In this document: piece by piece, positions 1-9,464 of the stretch | How the letters are laid out: each line of letters opens with the position of its first letter | How positions within the stretch are numbered: position 1 is the first letter of the stretch | Assembly: GCA_041906785.1 (NCBI GenBank) | Contig: JAYRIM010000017.1 | Coordinates: 210 to 64,209 of the forward strand | From: Candidatus Levyibacteriota bacterium | GTDB taxonomy: Bacteria > Patescibacteriota > Microgenomatia > Levybacterales > UBA12049 | Reading direction: 5' to 3' | DNA: 64,000 nt | Notes under the pieces: generated by a model | Told to the model about the DNA's origin: nothing | Seen by the model: only the letters and a program-made list of their open reading frames with translations | Databases searched by the model: none | Translations under genes and position numbers: made by a program

Positions 1-478
1 GAATCAGAACTATTCGGCCTATTATCTCCCATCACGAAATATGTATCTTTTTCCACAAGTATTTCTTTATGATCTGGTAAAAATGGACCTCCATATGTCA
101 TAACTGTTTTTTCTAGATATTTCTCTTCGTTAAGCTTTTCTCCATTTAAGAAAACACCTCCGTTCTCAAGTTTTATTTGATCCCCTTCCACACCAATAAT
201 TCTTTTTACATATAATTTGTCTTCTTCTACTGGAGATTGAAAAACGATGACATCACCATGCTTAAGAGAATGAAAACGGACATCCAGAAGCGAGCTTAGA
301 AGAATTTCATGATTTTTATATGTTGGGAACATCGAATTTCCGCTTACTTCGTGAGGACGAAAAACGAACATGTAAAGAAGAAGAAAAAAAGAAATAATAA
401 ATAGAAACGATTGAGCATTATCAAGAATTTTCAAATAAACACGACGTAAAAACTCTTTCGTTTCTTCAGAATTATTCA
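1..478 (-). CDS. lepB: Signal peptidase I (S26 family), partial; the C-terminus runs off the window start
   Basis: The minus-strand translation from the ATG near 478 gives MNNSEETKEFLRRVYLKIL..., a TM segment, then a GNSMFPT motif (catalytic Ser box) and a GDNR motif. This ORF is not in the ORF track because it is truncated by the window edge. Confidence 0.7.
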
Positions 479-535
479 TAGTCTTTCTATATCTATTCTT
501 TCGAAACTCTTGAAGCTTGTCAATGAAGGAATGTG

Positions 536-916
536 TTAATGAAGCGTGTGTTTTTTATTACAGCTTGAATCTACAATATGCAATAACTCTTCAATATCGA
601 AAGGTTTAGGCAAAAAAGCATCCGCACCGCATTCTTTAATAGTTCTCTCAGCATTCGGATGTGCAGAAATCATAATAATTGGAATATTCTTCGTTTTTTC
701 CTGAGATTTTAAACGTTTGGCAATTTCCCGACCATCCTCTCCAGATAAAAGGACATCCAAGACAATAACATCAGGAAGGTCTCCATTTAACTGTAGTAAA
801 GCTGTACCACGGGATGCAGTACGAACATCATACCCCTCTTCCTGAAGCATAAATTCGAGTGCTTCTAATATACTTCGCTCGTCATCTACAACAAACACCT
901 TCTTCATATGTTCCAA
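536..916 (-). CDS. Stand-alone response-regulator receiver (CheY-like) protein
   Basis: 126 aa. VFVVDDE acidic pocket, phospho-acceptor Asp in VIVLDVLL, conserved downstream Lys (FLPKPF). No output domain. The true start is probably MKKVF at about 907. Confidence 0.8.
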   Translation of the reverse strand: MEHMKKVFVVDDERSILEALEFMLQEEGYDVRTASRGTALLQLNGDLPDVIVLDVLLSGEDGREIAKRLKSQEKTKNIPIIMISAHPNAERTIKECGADAFLPKPFDIEELLHIVDSSCNKKHTLH

Positions 917-1146
917 CTAACAACTATTAAAATATCACTATACAAGTTTTTAACCGCAAAGACCCATATGTTGTACTTTACCCTGCATCATTATATGTGG
1001 TCTAGCGAAGCCTGAATTAAATAAAGAAGTTACCCTATTAATCACTATACGAGTCCAATGTTAAAAAAAAGTAAGAGTTTTCACGCGCGTTATTTCACAT
1101 CTCTTACACATCCCATATTTTCTCATTACACCTAGCGAGTATCATA

Positions 1147-1914
1147 TTGCTGAGTCTCTCGGATATGTCAGAACCACTTCTTGGAAAGAAAAAAGAACAA
1201 GCAGAAAAGTTTTACGATAAATTAATTGCAATTCTTATCAAAGAAAATCTCCCATTTATGATCGGGGGAACATTTGCGTTTAATGAATATACTGGCCTAG
1301 ATCGTCCAACAGGAGATATTGATATTAAAACAACATATGAAGATCATCCTGCCGTTTTAAAAACATTAAATAAATCAGGTTATAAAACAGAACTTGTGGA
1401 AGACAAATTTAACTGGCTTGCGAAAGTGTACGATGAAAATGGATTTTATACAGATATCATTTATGCCGAAGGAAATGGCTTACATAAAGTGGAAAGACAG
1501 TGGTTTACCTATGCCCGGGAAGGTACAGTTCTAGGTCATAAAATAAAACTAGAGCCTGTCGAAGAATTGATGCGATCGAAAATGTACGTAAAAGCTCGAG
1601 GCAGAAATGACTCAGGAGATGTAGTAAATTTAATACTCCGTCAAGGAAAAACGATGGATTGGAAACTTTTGATGAAGAAAATGGAACCCCATTGGGAGTT
1701 GTTAATGGCAACCTTACTACTTTTTTTATTTATTTATCCATCAGAACGCGCTTGTATACCAGCTTGGGTCATGAAGGAACTTGTAGAAAAATTAGAAAAG
1801 AAATTAATAGAAGAGCCACCAAAAGAGAAAATAACCCGAGGAATGTTATTATCACAAGAATATAAAGTTGGTGTATCAAATTGGGGTTTTAAACCGATAA
1901 CTGAACTAAAATGA
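1147..1914 (+). CDS. Nucleotidyltransferase-fold protein (ANT(2'')/DUF2204-like minimal NTase)
   Basis: NLPFMIGGTFAFNEYTGLDRPTGDIDI matches the GG-x-(A/F)-x(7-10)-R-x-T-x-D-(I/L)-D-(I/L) signature of aminoglycoside-2''-adenylyltransferase-like NTases (compare the AadB N-terminus NLPLWIGGGWAIDARLGRVTRKHDDIDL). Confidence 0.55.
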   Translation: MLSLSDMSEPLLGKKKEQAEKFYDKLIAILIKENLPFMIGGTFAFNEYTGLDRPTGDIDIKTTYEDHPAVLKTLNKSGYKTELVEDKFNWLAKVYDENGFYTDIIYAEGNGLHKVERQWFTYAREGTVLGHKIKLEPVEELMRSKMYVKARGRNDSGDVVNLILRQGKTMDWKLLMKKMEPHWELLMATLLLFLFIYPSERACIPAWVMKELVEKLEKKLIEEPPKEKITRGMLLSQEYKVGVSNWGFKPITELK

Positions 1915-1984
1915 CAAATATGTCATCCTGAACTTGATTCAGGATCTCCTACGATACTGTTGGGGATGCCGAAACAAGTTCGGC

Positions 1985-2743
1985 ATGACATCCACTCAAC
2001 CAACATCAAAACTACGAATAGCTGCTCTTGGTGATATCCATGTAAAAGATACGTCTCGAGGAGAGCTAACTTCCTTGTTTGAAGAAATCTCCCAAACGGC
2101 AGACGTATTAGTTCTTTGCGGAGATCTAACGAATTGGGGACTTCCCTCTGAAGCAGAAATATTAGTAAAAGAATTAGCCGCCTGTACTTTACCTATAGTT
2201 GCTGTATTAGGGAACCATGATTTTGAAAGCGATAAGCAGGATGAGGTTACTCATATGTTACAAGGTAATAAAGTACACATGCTCTATGGTACAGAGTTTA
2301 TCTTCGAAAAGGATGGAAAAAAGTATGGATTCACTGGCGTAAAGGGATTTGGAGGAGGATTCCGCCCAAGCATGTGGGGACGATTTGGTGAACCCGAACA
2401 AAAAGCGTTTTATGACGCAATCGCAGGAGAAGTTCAACATCTAGAAAATGGTTTAAATGTACTCATGAGAACTGCAGATCTTTATAAAATGATCGTTCTT
2501 CTCCATTTCTCACCTATCCGTGAAACGTTACATGGAGAGTTGCAAGAGTTGTACCCTTTTTTAGGATCAACACGTCTAGAAGAAGTAATTGACCGTTATC
2601 CTGTCTCAGCTGTTTTTCATGGACATGCACATTTCGGATATGTAAAAGGAAAAACAGAAAAGTCAATTCCTGTTTATAATGTCGCCTATCCGTTAATGCA
2701 AAAAATATATCCACAACAGCCATATGGCCTTGTAGAAATTTAA
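1985..2743 (+). CDS. Metallophosphoesterase (calcineurin-like phosphoesterase)
   Basis: Motifs GDIHV, GDLTNWG, GNHD and GHAHFG appear in canonical order. The ORF track starts at 1934, but Met at 1985 (MTSTQ...) is the more likely start. Confidence 0.8.
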   Translation: MTSTQPTSKLRIAALGDIHVKDTSRGELTSLFEEISQTADVLVLCGDLTNWGLPSEAEILVKELAACTLPIVAVLGNHDFESDKQDEVTHMLQGNKVHMLYGTEFIFEKDGKKYGFTGVKGFGGGFRPSMWGRFGEPEQKAFYDAIAGEVQHLENGLNVLMRTADLYKMIVLLHFSPIRETLHGELQELYPFLGSTRLEEVIDRYPVSAVFHGHAHFGYVKGKTEKSIPVYNVAYPLMQKIYPQQPYGLVEI

Positions 2744-2776
2744 TAATTTTCTATTCTTTGTGTATAATGCTGAGGT

Positions 2777-3208
2777 ATGTCAAAAGAAAATGGATATATT
2801 GCTCAGCATATTACCACCGACGGAATAATTATCCCTGAAGATCTCGACCATTTCCCTATTGTTCACCTTCACCGTGCTGGTACGCATCATGAAGAATGGT
2901 TAGCAGCACGTGAGCGAGGTAGGATGTTGGATACCAACGACGGGCAGGAATTTATACAACTTGAAGACGGAACAATAGCTCGTTTACTACGAGTAGAACC
3001 AGCAGTAACTTTTAATGGTGAACACGAAAATCTAAATAATTTTAGAACAACGGCTGAACTGAATGATCCATCCATAATCGAGGGAACAGATCGAGTTCCT
3101 CCAGAAGGAGAAATTTTTCTACCAACATCAGAACTATCACAACCTATAGAGCTTGATTCAAATCGATTTGCAGAAAATTGGGTTATTCAGTATATTAATA
3201 AACCGTAG
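2777..3208 (+). CDS. Hypothetical protein (143 aa)
   Basis: Clean ORF immediately downstream of the NTase and phosphoesterase genes. No recognisable motif. Confidence 0.4.
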   Translation: MSKENGYIAQHITTDGIIIPEDLDHFPIVHLHRAGTHHEEWLAARERGRMLDTNDGQEFIQLEDGTIARLLRVEPAVTFNGEHENLNNFRTTAELNDPSIIEGTDRVPPEGEIFLPTSELSQPIELDSNRFAENWVIQYINKP

Positions 3209-3922
3209 CTACTCTATCTCTTTATACGCCTTCCCACTCAAAAATTGGTATGCTATACCTGAAAAACTCCCCCAGGAAAAATACCATAAGAACTCAGTGA
3301 GTGGTATACCTAAAATGTCTCCTCCTGTGATTAACCAATATTTCTCTGCATAGTGTGGACTTATAAAATCAAATAAAAAAATATAAATTGGGGAAATATA
3401 TAACATCAGAAATAAGCCCGAAAGCAGAGAGGGACTAAGCAGGTCTTTACGCATGAATACCATAATAAAAGTAATAGCGACCATTGTGAATGAAGAAACA
3501 AAAATAGAATTTATATGAAGATAATTTGTAAAATAAATTAGCGAGAAAAAACCTACTAGAAAAAAGAATAAAAATGTTTTATCTCTTGTAGGATACAATA
3601 CTTTTCCAATCTTTTTTCTTAAAATGACGAGATAGAGAGTCGAACCTAAACCGACAACACCAGCCCCAAATAAAACATCTTCCAAAGAAACCACAGCTCT
3701 ACCAAAGAGAGATTGTGGGCGCCAATAATCTTGAAAGTACCATAGTTCTGAAAGTGGACCGAGTATACTTCCTAAAAAGAACATCTTTAAAAGTAAACTA
3801 CGTAAATCAGTTCGTCTCCAAAAAATATACATTGCGGTTAAAAACACAGATAAACTTAGTAGAAGATATATATATTTTTCCATATTACTTTCCAAATCGA
3901 CGGTTTCTATTGGCAAATTCAT
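3209..3922 (-). CDS. Integral membrane protein (about 7 TM), function unknown
   Basis: Multiple hydrophobic helices (YIYLLLSLSVFLTAMYIFW, FFFLVGFFSLIYF, and others). Overlaps uppS by 38 nt, so the real start is probably MEKYIYLL at about 3883. Confidence 0.5.
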   Translation of the reverse strand: MNLPIETVDLESNMEKYIYLLLSLSVFLTAMYIFWRRTDLRSLLLKMFFLGSILGPLSELWYFQDYWRPQSLFGRAVVSLEDVLFGAGVVGLGSTLYLVILRKKIGKVLYPTRDKTFLFFFLVGFFSLIYFTNYLHINSIFVSSFTMVAITFIMVFMRKDLLSPSLLSGLFLMLYISPIYIFLFDFISPHYAEKYWLITGGDILGIPLTEFLWYFSWGSFSGIAYQFLSGKAYKEIE

Positions 3923-4571
3923 TCAATGCCATATCAAATGCTTTTGAATCAAAGTCTGGCCAATACGTTTTCGTAAAGTATAATTCAGAATACACAGATT
4001 GCCACGGCAATAACCCACTTAATCGTTGTTCGCCACCGGTTCGGATAATGAAATCGGGGTCTGGTTGTCCTTTTGTGTATAAATATGATGAAAATAATTC
4101 TTCAGTTACTTCTTTTTTTTCTTCTTGGATTAATTGGTTTACAGCATGCAGGATTTCAGCACGGCCTCCATAACTAAGACCGAAATTTACGGTAATTGCA
4201 GTATTATTCTTTGTCTGTTCTATAGCAGATTTTGATTGCTCAACAATTTCATGAGGAAATCGTTCTAATTCGCCTATTACTTGAATTTTAACCCCTTTTT
4301 TATGTAACGAATCAACATCTTCTTTTAATAATGTACGAAATAAACCTAAAAGATATGACACTTCTTCTTTTTCACGATTCCAATTTTCAGTAGAAAATGC
4401 CCAAAAGGTCAGATATGATATACCCAAAGCAATCGCATGATCGACAATTGGTTCGATGGCTTTATATCCGTTTTTATGGCCGACGAGAGTTGGCAACCCT
4501 TTTTCCCGTGCCCATCGTCTATTCCCATCTAAAATAAAAGCTACGTGACGGGGTAGAATACGTGAATTCAT
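3885..4571 (-). CDS. uppS: Undecaprenyl-diphosphate synthase (cis-prenyltransferase)
   Basis: HVAFILDGNRRWA, then FSTENWNR, and the RTGGEQRLSGLLPWQ C-terminal motif. Confidence 0.9.
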   Translation of the reverse strand: MNSRILPRHVAFILDGNRRWAREKGLPTLVGHKNGYKAIEPIVDHAIALGISYLTFWAFSTENWNREKEEVSYLLGLFRTLLKEDVDSLHKKGVKIQVIGELERFPHEIVEQSKSAIEQTKNNTAITVNFGLSYGGRAEILHAVNQLIQEEKKEVTEELFSSYLYTKGQPDPDFIIRTGGEQRLSGLLPWQSVYSELYFTKTYWPDFDSKAFDMALNEFANRNRRFGK

Positions 4572-4609
4572 GTGTGCTTATTATACTGTTGAGGATGGTA
4601 CTTCGCAAA

Positions 4610-6004
4610 TCAGGCTATCTTTTTAATTCGTGTCCCTTCATCAGTATCGATTACGTCATATCCCATTTTTTTAATAGTATTTCGAAGGTGGTCTGATTTC
4701 GTGAACTGTTTATTTCTTCGAAGCATATCACGCTCTTTTATAAGTTCCTGGATATCCTGGGGAACCAGATGTAAGTCAATATATTGGTTTTTCTTTTTCC
4801 ATTCTTGTAATCCTAGTCCCAATATTTCATCCATCTTAAAAAGACTATTTGATTTCGCAGCAGTTGGGACATCAGCTTTTACTAAATTCCATACAGCAGC
4901 CAATGCTTCAGATGTATTGAGATCATTATTAATCGCTTGCAAAAATCCTTGTTCATGATCAATACTTCTTCCTTGCGGTTCATCCAACCCCAATACAGCT
5001 TCACGCAAGTGATTCAATGCATTCTGTGCTGCATCAAGAGCGGCAAATGTAAAGTTCATTTCTTGTCGATAATGTGTTTGCAAATATAAATATCGAAGTG
5101 CCATTGGATCAAAACCTTCTTTTTCTAGATCATATATTCGATACGTATTTCCTTTACTCTTACTCATCTTTTCACCATTTACGAGCATATGATTTGTGTG
5201 TATCCAATAATTAACAAACTTTTCCCCTGTCGCCCCTTCAGATTGAGCTATTTCATCTGGATGATGAATTGGAAGATGGTCCACGCCGCCAGTATGTATA
5301 TCAAAATGATTTCCTAAATATTTCATACTCATCGCGCTACACTCTATATGCCATCCAGGAAATCCTTTTCCCCAAGGACTATCCCATTCCATGTCTCTCT
5401 TCTGACCTAAGTTTGTAGAAGGACTAAATTTCCAAAGAGCAAAATCGCGAGGGTTTCTTTTCTCTAGATTTACCTCAACTCGAGCACCTTCTTTAATTTC
5501 ATCAAGAGTTGAGAGTTTTCCATAATCTTTTAGTTTCGCTGTATCAAAATAAACGCCATCTGTAATCACATACGTAAATCCTTTTTTTTCCAACCGTTTA
5601 ATAAGATCAATTTGTTCTGAGATATGATCAGTCGCTTTCGCGAGAGTTGTTGGCAGCGTAAAATGCAGTACTTCATAATCCTTTAAAAATGCCTCTGTAT
5701 AAAATTCTGCGACTTCCCAGGCAGTTTTTCCTTCTTTCTTCGCAGACTTCTCCAATTTATCTTCCCCAGTATCTGCATCACTGACTAAATGTCCCACATC
5801 AGTGATATTCATGACGAAGTTTACATCGTATTTGTTATAGCGCAACGTTCTTACTAGAAGATCTGCTGTCATATATGAACGGAAATTTCCGATATGTGCA
5901 AATTGATAAACTGTCGGTCCGCAGGTATACATGCCAACGTGGGGCGAATGAAGAGGTGTAAAATCTTCGATTTGACGGGAAAGAGAATTATAAAGTTTTA
6001 ACAT
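4610..6004 (-). CDS. cysS: Cysteinyl-tRNA synthetase
   Basis: Class I HIGH box (HIGNFRSY) and KMSKS box (KMSKSKGN). Zn-binding Cys near the N-terminus (TCGPT). Confidence 0.95.
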   Translation of the reverse strand: MLKLYNSLSRQIEDFTPLHSPHVGMYTCGPTVYQFAHIGNFRSYMTADLLVRTLRYNKYDVNFVMNITDVGHLVSDADTGEDKLEKSAKKEGKTAWEVAEFYTEAFLKDYEVLHFTLPTTLAKATDHISEQIDLIKRLEKKGFTYVITDGVYFDTAKLKDYGKLSTLDEIKEGARVEVNLEKRNPRDFALWKFSPSTNLGQKRDMEWDSPWGKGFPGWHIECSAMSMKYLGNHFDIHTGGVDHLPIHHPDEIAQSEGATGEKFVNYWIHTNHMLVNGEKMSKSKGNTYRIYDLEKEGFDPMALRYLYLQTHYRQEMNFTFAALDAAQNALNHLREAVLGLDEPQGRSIDHEQGFLQAINNDLNTSEALAAVWNLVKADVPTAAKSNSLFKMDEILGLGLQEWKKKNQYIDLHLVPQDIQELIKERDMLRRNKQFTKSDHLRNTIKKMGYDVIDTDEGTRIKKIA

Positions 6005-6082
6005 AAAGGTGTTATGAGGCTAATTATACTAAATACATAATACTAAATACTAGATACAGTAAGGATTTTTTTCTAGGGATAG

Positions 6083-6108
6083 GCGCGGGGTCGTGAGACC
6101 CCGCGCCC
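6083..6108 (-). terminator. GC-rich perfect hairpin (11-bp stem, GGCGCGGGGTC-GTGA-GACCCCGCGCC) downstream of the GC-rich secreted-protein gene
   Basis: Perfect inverted repeat in an AT-rich context. No U-tract, so it may be a protective stem or processing site rather than an intrinsic terminator. Confidence 0.45.
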
Positions 6109-6146
6109 GATGTGCTCCCCAGGCTTAAACCGAAAAAGCTAAACCT

Positions 6147-6644
6147 TTAGTCCGAAATCCACCACCACGCGTAAAACCGCTCAGGGTAGACTCGAAGACG
6201 GATCGTGGGCCAAATTTGGATAATACTGTTAGTCCAGCCCATGGAGACCAACAGCTCTGTTCTCGTCAACTGGTAGAGTCGGGGATCAATACGCGGCCGC
6301 CAATCACCACGCTGTACGCGGTACCACCCACCATAAGCCACATTGTATGTGTATGGGTGATCCCAATGGATGGAACCCTGCTTGACGTTGTAGAATCCGA
6401 CGGAGTAGTGATACTCCCCGTCGTATTCTTCGTAGATATAGTTCCCGGGCATCCATGACCACGCCCCCTGTTGATCTCTCGCTGCAGCACCAGGCGGATC
6501 CTTTGGAGGTGTGGGTGGTTCTTGCAGCAACACATGGTCCTTGGTGTCGCGAGGCCCGTCAGCCAGAGTTGTCTGCGGGACAAGCAGAAATGCCAGCCCA
6601 CAAACCACAAGCACGAGTAGCGCAAAATTGCGCAGTGTCTTCAT
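6147..6644 (-). CDS. Secreted Trp/Tyr-rich protein on a GC-rich islet (signal peptide plus 140-aa domain)
   Basis: The N-terminal signal peptide is MKTLRNFALLVLVVCGLAFLLVP. The DNA is about 55% GC against roughly 36% in the flanks. YNVAYGGWYRVQRGDWRPR-type aromatic motifs are present. Confidence 0.6.
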   Translation of the reverse strand: MKTLRNFALLVLVVCGLAFLLVPQTTLADGPRDTKDHVLLQEPPTPPKDPPGAAARDQQGAWSWMPGNYIYEEYDGEYHYSVGFYNVKQGSIHWDHPYTYNVAYGGWYRVQRGDWRPRIDPRLYQLTRTELLVSMGWTNSIIQIWPTIRLRVYPERFYAWWWISD

Positions 6645-6891
6645 CTCTTATCTCCTTGTGATCATCTGCGGCTGCTAATAGCCGCAAGTCGGTAAATAGT
6701 TTTTCGGCTTTCCTGGGGCACAGACAAAAAATAACAGTATTTACTTTCTCTCTGTACCACAGGAAATATGTAAAAGTGCCAAGAAGGTGTATATTATAGG
6801 ATAAACTCATCAATAAAACAAATAAGTGGTTAAGAAGTATAAATATACTTTCTGTGTTATCCTTTTATATTTTTCATTTTTTATATTGTTT

Positions 6892-7371
6892 TTATCCTGC
6901 TACTCCTCTATTCGTTTCTGCTTTCGTCTGAGCTCGACCTACTGCAATAGGTTGCTTTTTCTCTGCTTCTTGTAACTCCTCCATTTTCATAGCTTCTTTT
7001 TCCTGTTCTTCACGTTCAAGCCTATCGGATACATTCTCCTCTGGTTTCGGACGGTTAAATGTAGGGTCATAATAAGTCTTTTTATGTTGTTCTACATGCA
7101 GTTTTTCTCTAATTGCCTTTAACTGCTGATCTTCTGCTGCTTTTTTCTGTTCAGGAGGTAGGTTATCTGTCGCTTGAGCAATTGCATCTTTATCAAGTGG
7201 TTTGTTTGGATCCATGTTCTGTACACCATATAACCCTTTTGTAATATCTTCCGTAGTTACACCCTGTGTATCAGTAGGTTTAATAACTTGTTGGGTTTGA
7301 GAAGCAGTTTGTTGCTTTGTCACAACTCCTTGTTCTACTAACGCTTCCTCTGATGTGAAATTTTTATTCAT
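6892..7371 (-). CDS. Hypothetical low-complexity (Q/E/K/T-rich) protein
   Basis: 159-aa ORF with no TM segment and a charged coiled-coil-like C-terminal half. Confidence 0.4.
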   Translation of the reverse strand: MNKNFTSEEALVEQGVVTKQQTASQTQQVIKPTDTQGVTTEDITKGLYGVQNMDPNKPLDKDAIAQATDNLPPEQKKAAEDQQLKAIREKLHVEQHKKTYYDPTFNRPKPEENVSDRLEREEQEKEAMKMEELQEAEKKQPIAVGRAQTKAETNRGVAG

Positions 7372-7381
7372 ATACGAATTA

Positions 7382-7801
7382 CTACGAATGTAATCCTAAT
7401 CTATCCGAATCAGGCAGATTAAGAATCCTCTTATATTCTAGGCTACTTCCATAGAAATTAACAAGAATACCTAGCTCGAGACTGGTTGCATGCAAATATG
7501 CCTTTATCTGCTTATAATCATTTTTTGTAAATATGGGTTTTACTTTTAATTCAACAACTATTTTTTCATATAAAAGAAAATCTAAATAATATTTTCCAAT
7601 CCCCTCACCATCAATTTTTAGATCCACCATAATTTCCCTCTTGAAAGGAATTCTATATTTACGCAGTTTTACCTCGACGGCACGTTGATAATATTTCTCT
7701 TGGTACCTATTACCTAATTCATTATGAACTTCAAAAAAGATTCCTGTTATTATGTAACTCAACTCGGGATAAAGCACTTTTTTATCAATATTTGGATTCA
7801 T
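7382..7801 (-). CDS. GxxExxY family protein (PD-(D/E)XK-like 'IVS-type' protein)
   Basis: 139 aa. The family hallmark GxxExxY is present as YPELSYIITGIFFEVHNELG, followed by DFLLYEKIVVELK and GILVNF motifs. The gene is bounded by ATTCGGAT/ATCCGAAT inverted motifs. Confidence 0.8.
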   Translation of the reverse strand: MNPNIDKKVLYPELSYIITGIFFEVHNELGNRYQEKYYQRAVEVKLRKYRIPFKREIMVDLKIDGEGIGKYYLDFLLYEKIVVELKVKPIFTKNDYKQIKAYLHATSLELGILVNFYGSSLEYKRILNLPDSDRLGLHS

Positions 7802-7829
7802 TCGGATGTAATTTGTAGGAATTCGGATA

Positions 7830-8441
7830 TCAATAAACTGACCTTCCTTCTAAAGCTCTCGTTAATGTACTACTATCAGCATATTCTAAATCAGCACCAA
7901 TAGGCAAACCACGCCCAATTCTCGTAATTTTGAGATTTGAGTTTTGAGATTTGAGATTTTTTGCAATATACATAGCAGTTGCTTCACCTTCCATTGTCGG
8001 ATTCGTCGCCAATATAACTTCATTGACTCTTTGACTCCCTGTCTCTCTGACTCTCTGTATTAACTGTCCAATATAAATCTCATCAGGACCAATATTATTT
8101 AATGGATCGATTTTCCCATGCAGCACATGATATACTCCCTTATAATGACCGCTTTTTTCTAGAGCGAGCACATCTAACGGCTGTTCTACGACACAAATAG
8201 TAGTTTTATCTCGTTGTGAATCACTGCAAATTGAACACGGATCCATTTCATCTACTGAATAACAAGTAGAACATATAACGGTATTTTGTTTTAACTTTTG
8301 AACTGCAGAAGCAAATGAATCGAGCTCATGCTGTGGCACATGCAATAGGTAAAAAGTCAACCGTTGTGCAGATTTCGGTCCGATACCAGGCAATCTTTCA
8401 AATGATTCAATTGTGTTTTGTATTGCTTTAGGAATTTTCAT
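7830..8441 (-). CDS. recR: Recombination protein RecR
   Basis: HhH (LPGIGPKSAQRL), C4 zinc finger (CSTCYSVDEMDPCSIC) and Toprim (ILATNPTMEGEATAMY). Confidence 0.95.
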   Translation of the reverse strand: MKIPKAIQNTIESFERLPGIGPKSAQRLTFYLLHVPQHELDSFASAVQKLKQNTVICSTCYSVDEMDPCSICSDSQRDKTTICVVEQPLDVLALEKSGHYKGVYHVLHGKIDPLNNIGPDEIYIGQLIQRVRETGSQRVNEVILATNPTMEGEATAMYIAKNLKSQNSNLKITRIGRGLPIGADLEYADSSTLTRALEGRSVY

Positions 8442-8507
8442 AAAAATAAGCGTCTAGTAAAGTAGCGTTTAGCGTAAAGTCAAATTGTAAAAACTAAACG
8501 CTAATCT

Positions 8508-9464
8508 TTAAACGCTAGACGCTTTCAATTCTTCTGCTATCTTATCAGCTATAGATAAAATCTCAAACTTAGCAAATCGCCTCTCCGGTGGAACAACCAC
8601 AGCATCAGTTGCAAAAATATTTGTCACTTCTGACTCCTGTAAAATACTCACTGCTTTTTCAGAAAAAAGTGGGTGGGTTATGAAAATATATTGTTCTTCT
8701 ACTCCTAATTTTTTAATAAACTTTACAGTTTCGATAATCGAACCCCCGGAAATCATATCATCAACGATAAGTGCACGTTTCCCTTTCAGATTGGTTTGCG
8801 TTGGCCCAATCTCTCCTGATTCTTGTGGTCCTTCAAGATGATCGATTACTACCTTTCCTGTATCAAGGTTTCGATGTTTCAGTGTCGCAACCCATGGCAT
8901 GTTATTAAGCAGTTCTGATATCTTTTGAATTCTTCGTAACCCTCCCATGTCGGGAGAGATAAGAATCGAATTGGAATCATTCCATCCTCTTTTTTTAATT
9001 TCTTCTGCAAAAACTGGTAACCCAGACAGATGACTAACTGGAATAGAAAATAATTCTGGAACTTTTATTGTATGGAAATCAAAACTAATAAATCTATCAA
9101 CTCTCAATGTTTCTAAAATTTTTATAATTACTTCGAGAGATACAGCTTCTCCATCCCGAAATACATGATCTTGACGCATGTAACCCATATACGGCATAAC
9201 AACAGTTATACTGGTCGCGCCACTTCGTTTTAACGCATCAAGAATTAAGAATAACTCGACATAATGCTGATCAACGGGGGTATTTGTGCTTTGGATGACC
9301 ACAACATGCTCATCTACTACACGTTCTTGGATCTGAATTCGTCTCTCACCATCAGGAAAAATAAAAATTTCCATTGGAGAAATTTGTAAATCTAACGCCG
9401 CTACAACTTTTTCTGCGAGTGGTTTATTCGAACTCCCGCTAAAAATTTTCATGTTATAAGTCAA
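8508..9464 (-). CDS. prs: Ribose-phosphate pyrophosphokinase
   Basis: MKIFSGSSNKPLAEKV N-terminus, PYMGYMRQD, and the PRPP-binding loop LIVDDMISGGSI. Confidence 0.9.
   Translation of the reverse strand: MTYNMKIFSGSSNKPLAEKVVAALDLQISPMEIFIFPDGERRIQIQERVVDEHVVVIQSTNTPVDQHYVELFLILDALKRSGATSITVVMPYMGYMRQDHVFRDGEAVSLEVIIKILETLRVDRFISFDFHTIKVPELFSIPVSHLSGLPVFAEEIKKRGWNDSNSILISPDMGGLRRIQKISELLNNMPWVATLKHRNLDTGKVVIDHLEGPQESGEIGPTQTNLKGKRALIVDDMISGGSIIETVKFIKKLGVEEQYIFITHPLFSEKAVSILQESEVTNIFATDAVVVPPERRFAKFEILSIADKIAEELKASSV

Noticed and set aside
1505-1865. Antisense and overlapping small ORFs inside annotated genes (e.g. 1505..1711-, 1659..1865+, 4701..4958+, 6216..6458+, 6266..6625-, 16034..16384+, 17251..17580+, 41419..42134 alternates, 55126..56339 alternates)
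   Set aside because: All lie wholly inside longer ORFs with clear homology or better coding character. Their compositions are mirror images of the host gene, so they are treated as spurious.
7921-7950. CRISPR array from the tttgagat repeats
   Set aside because: The units are 7-8 nt and contiguous with no spacers. They lie inside the recR reading frame, and no cas genes are nearby.
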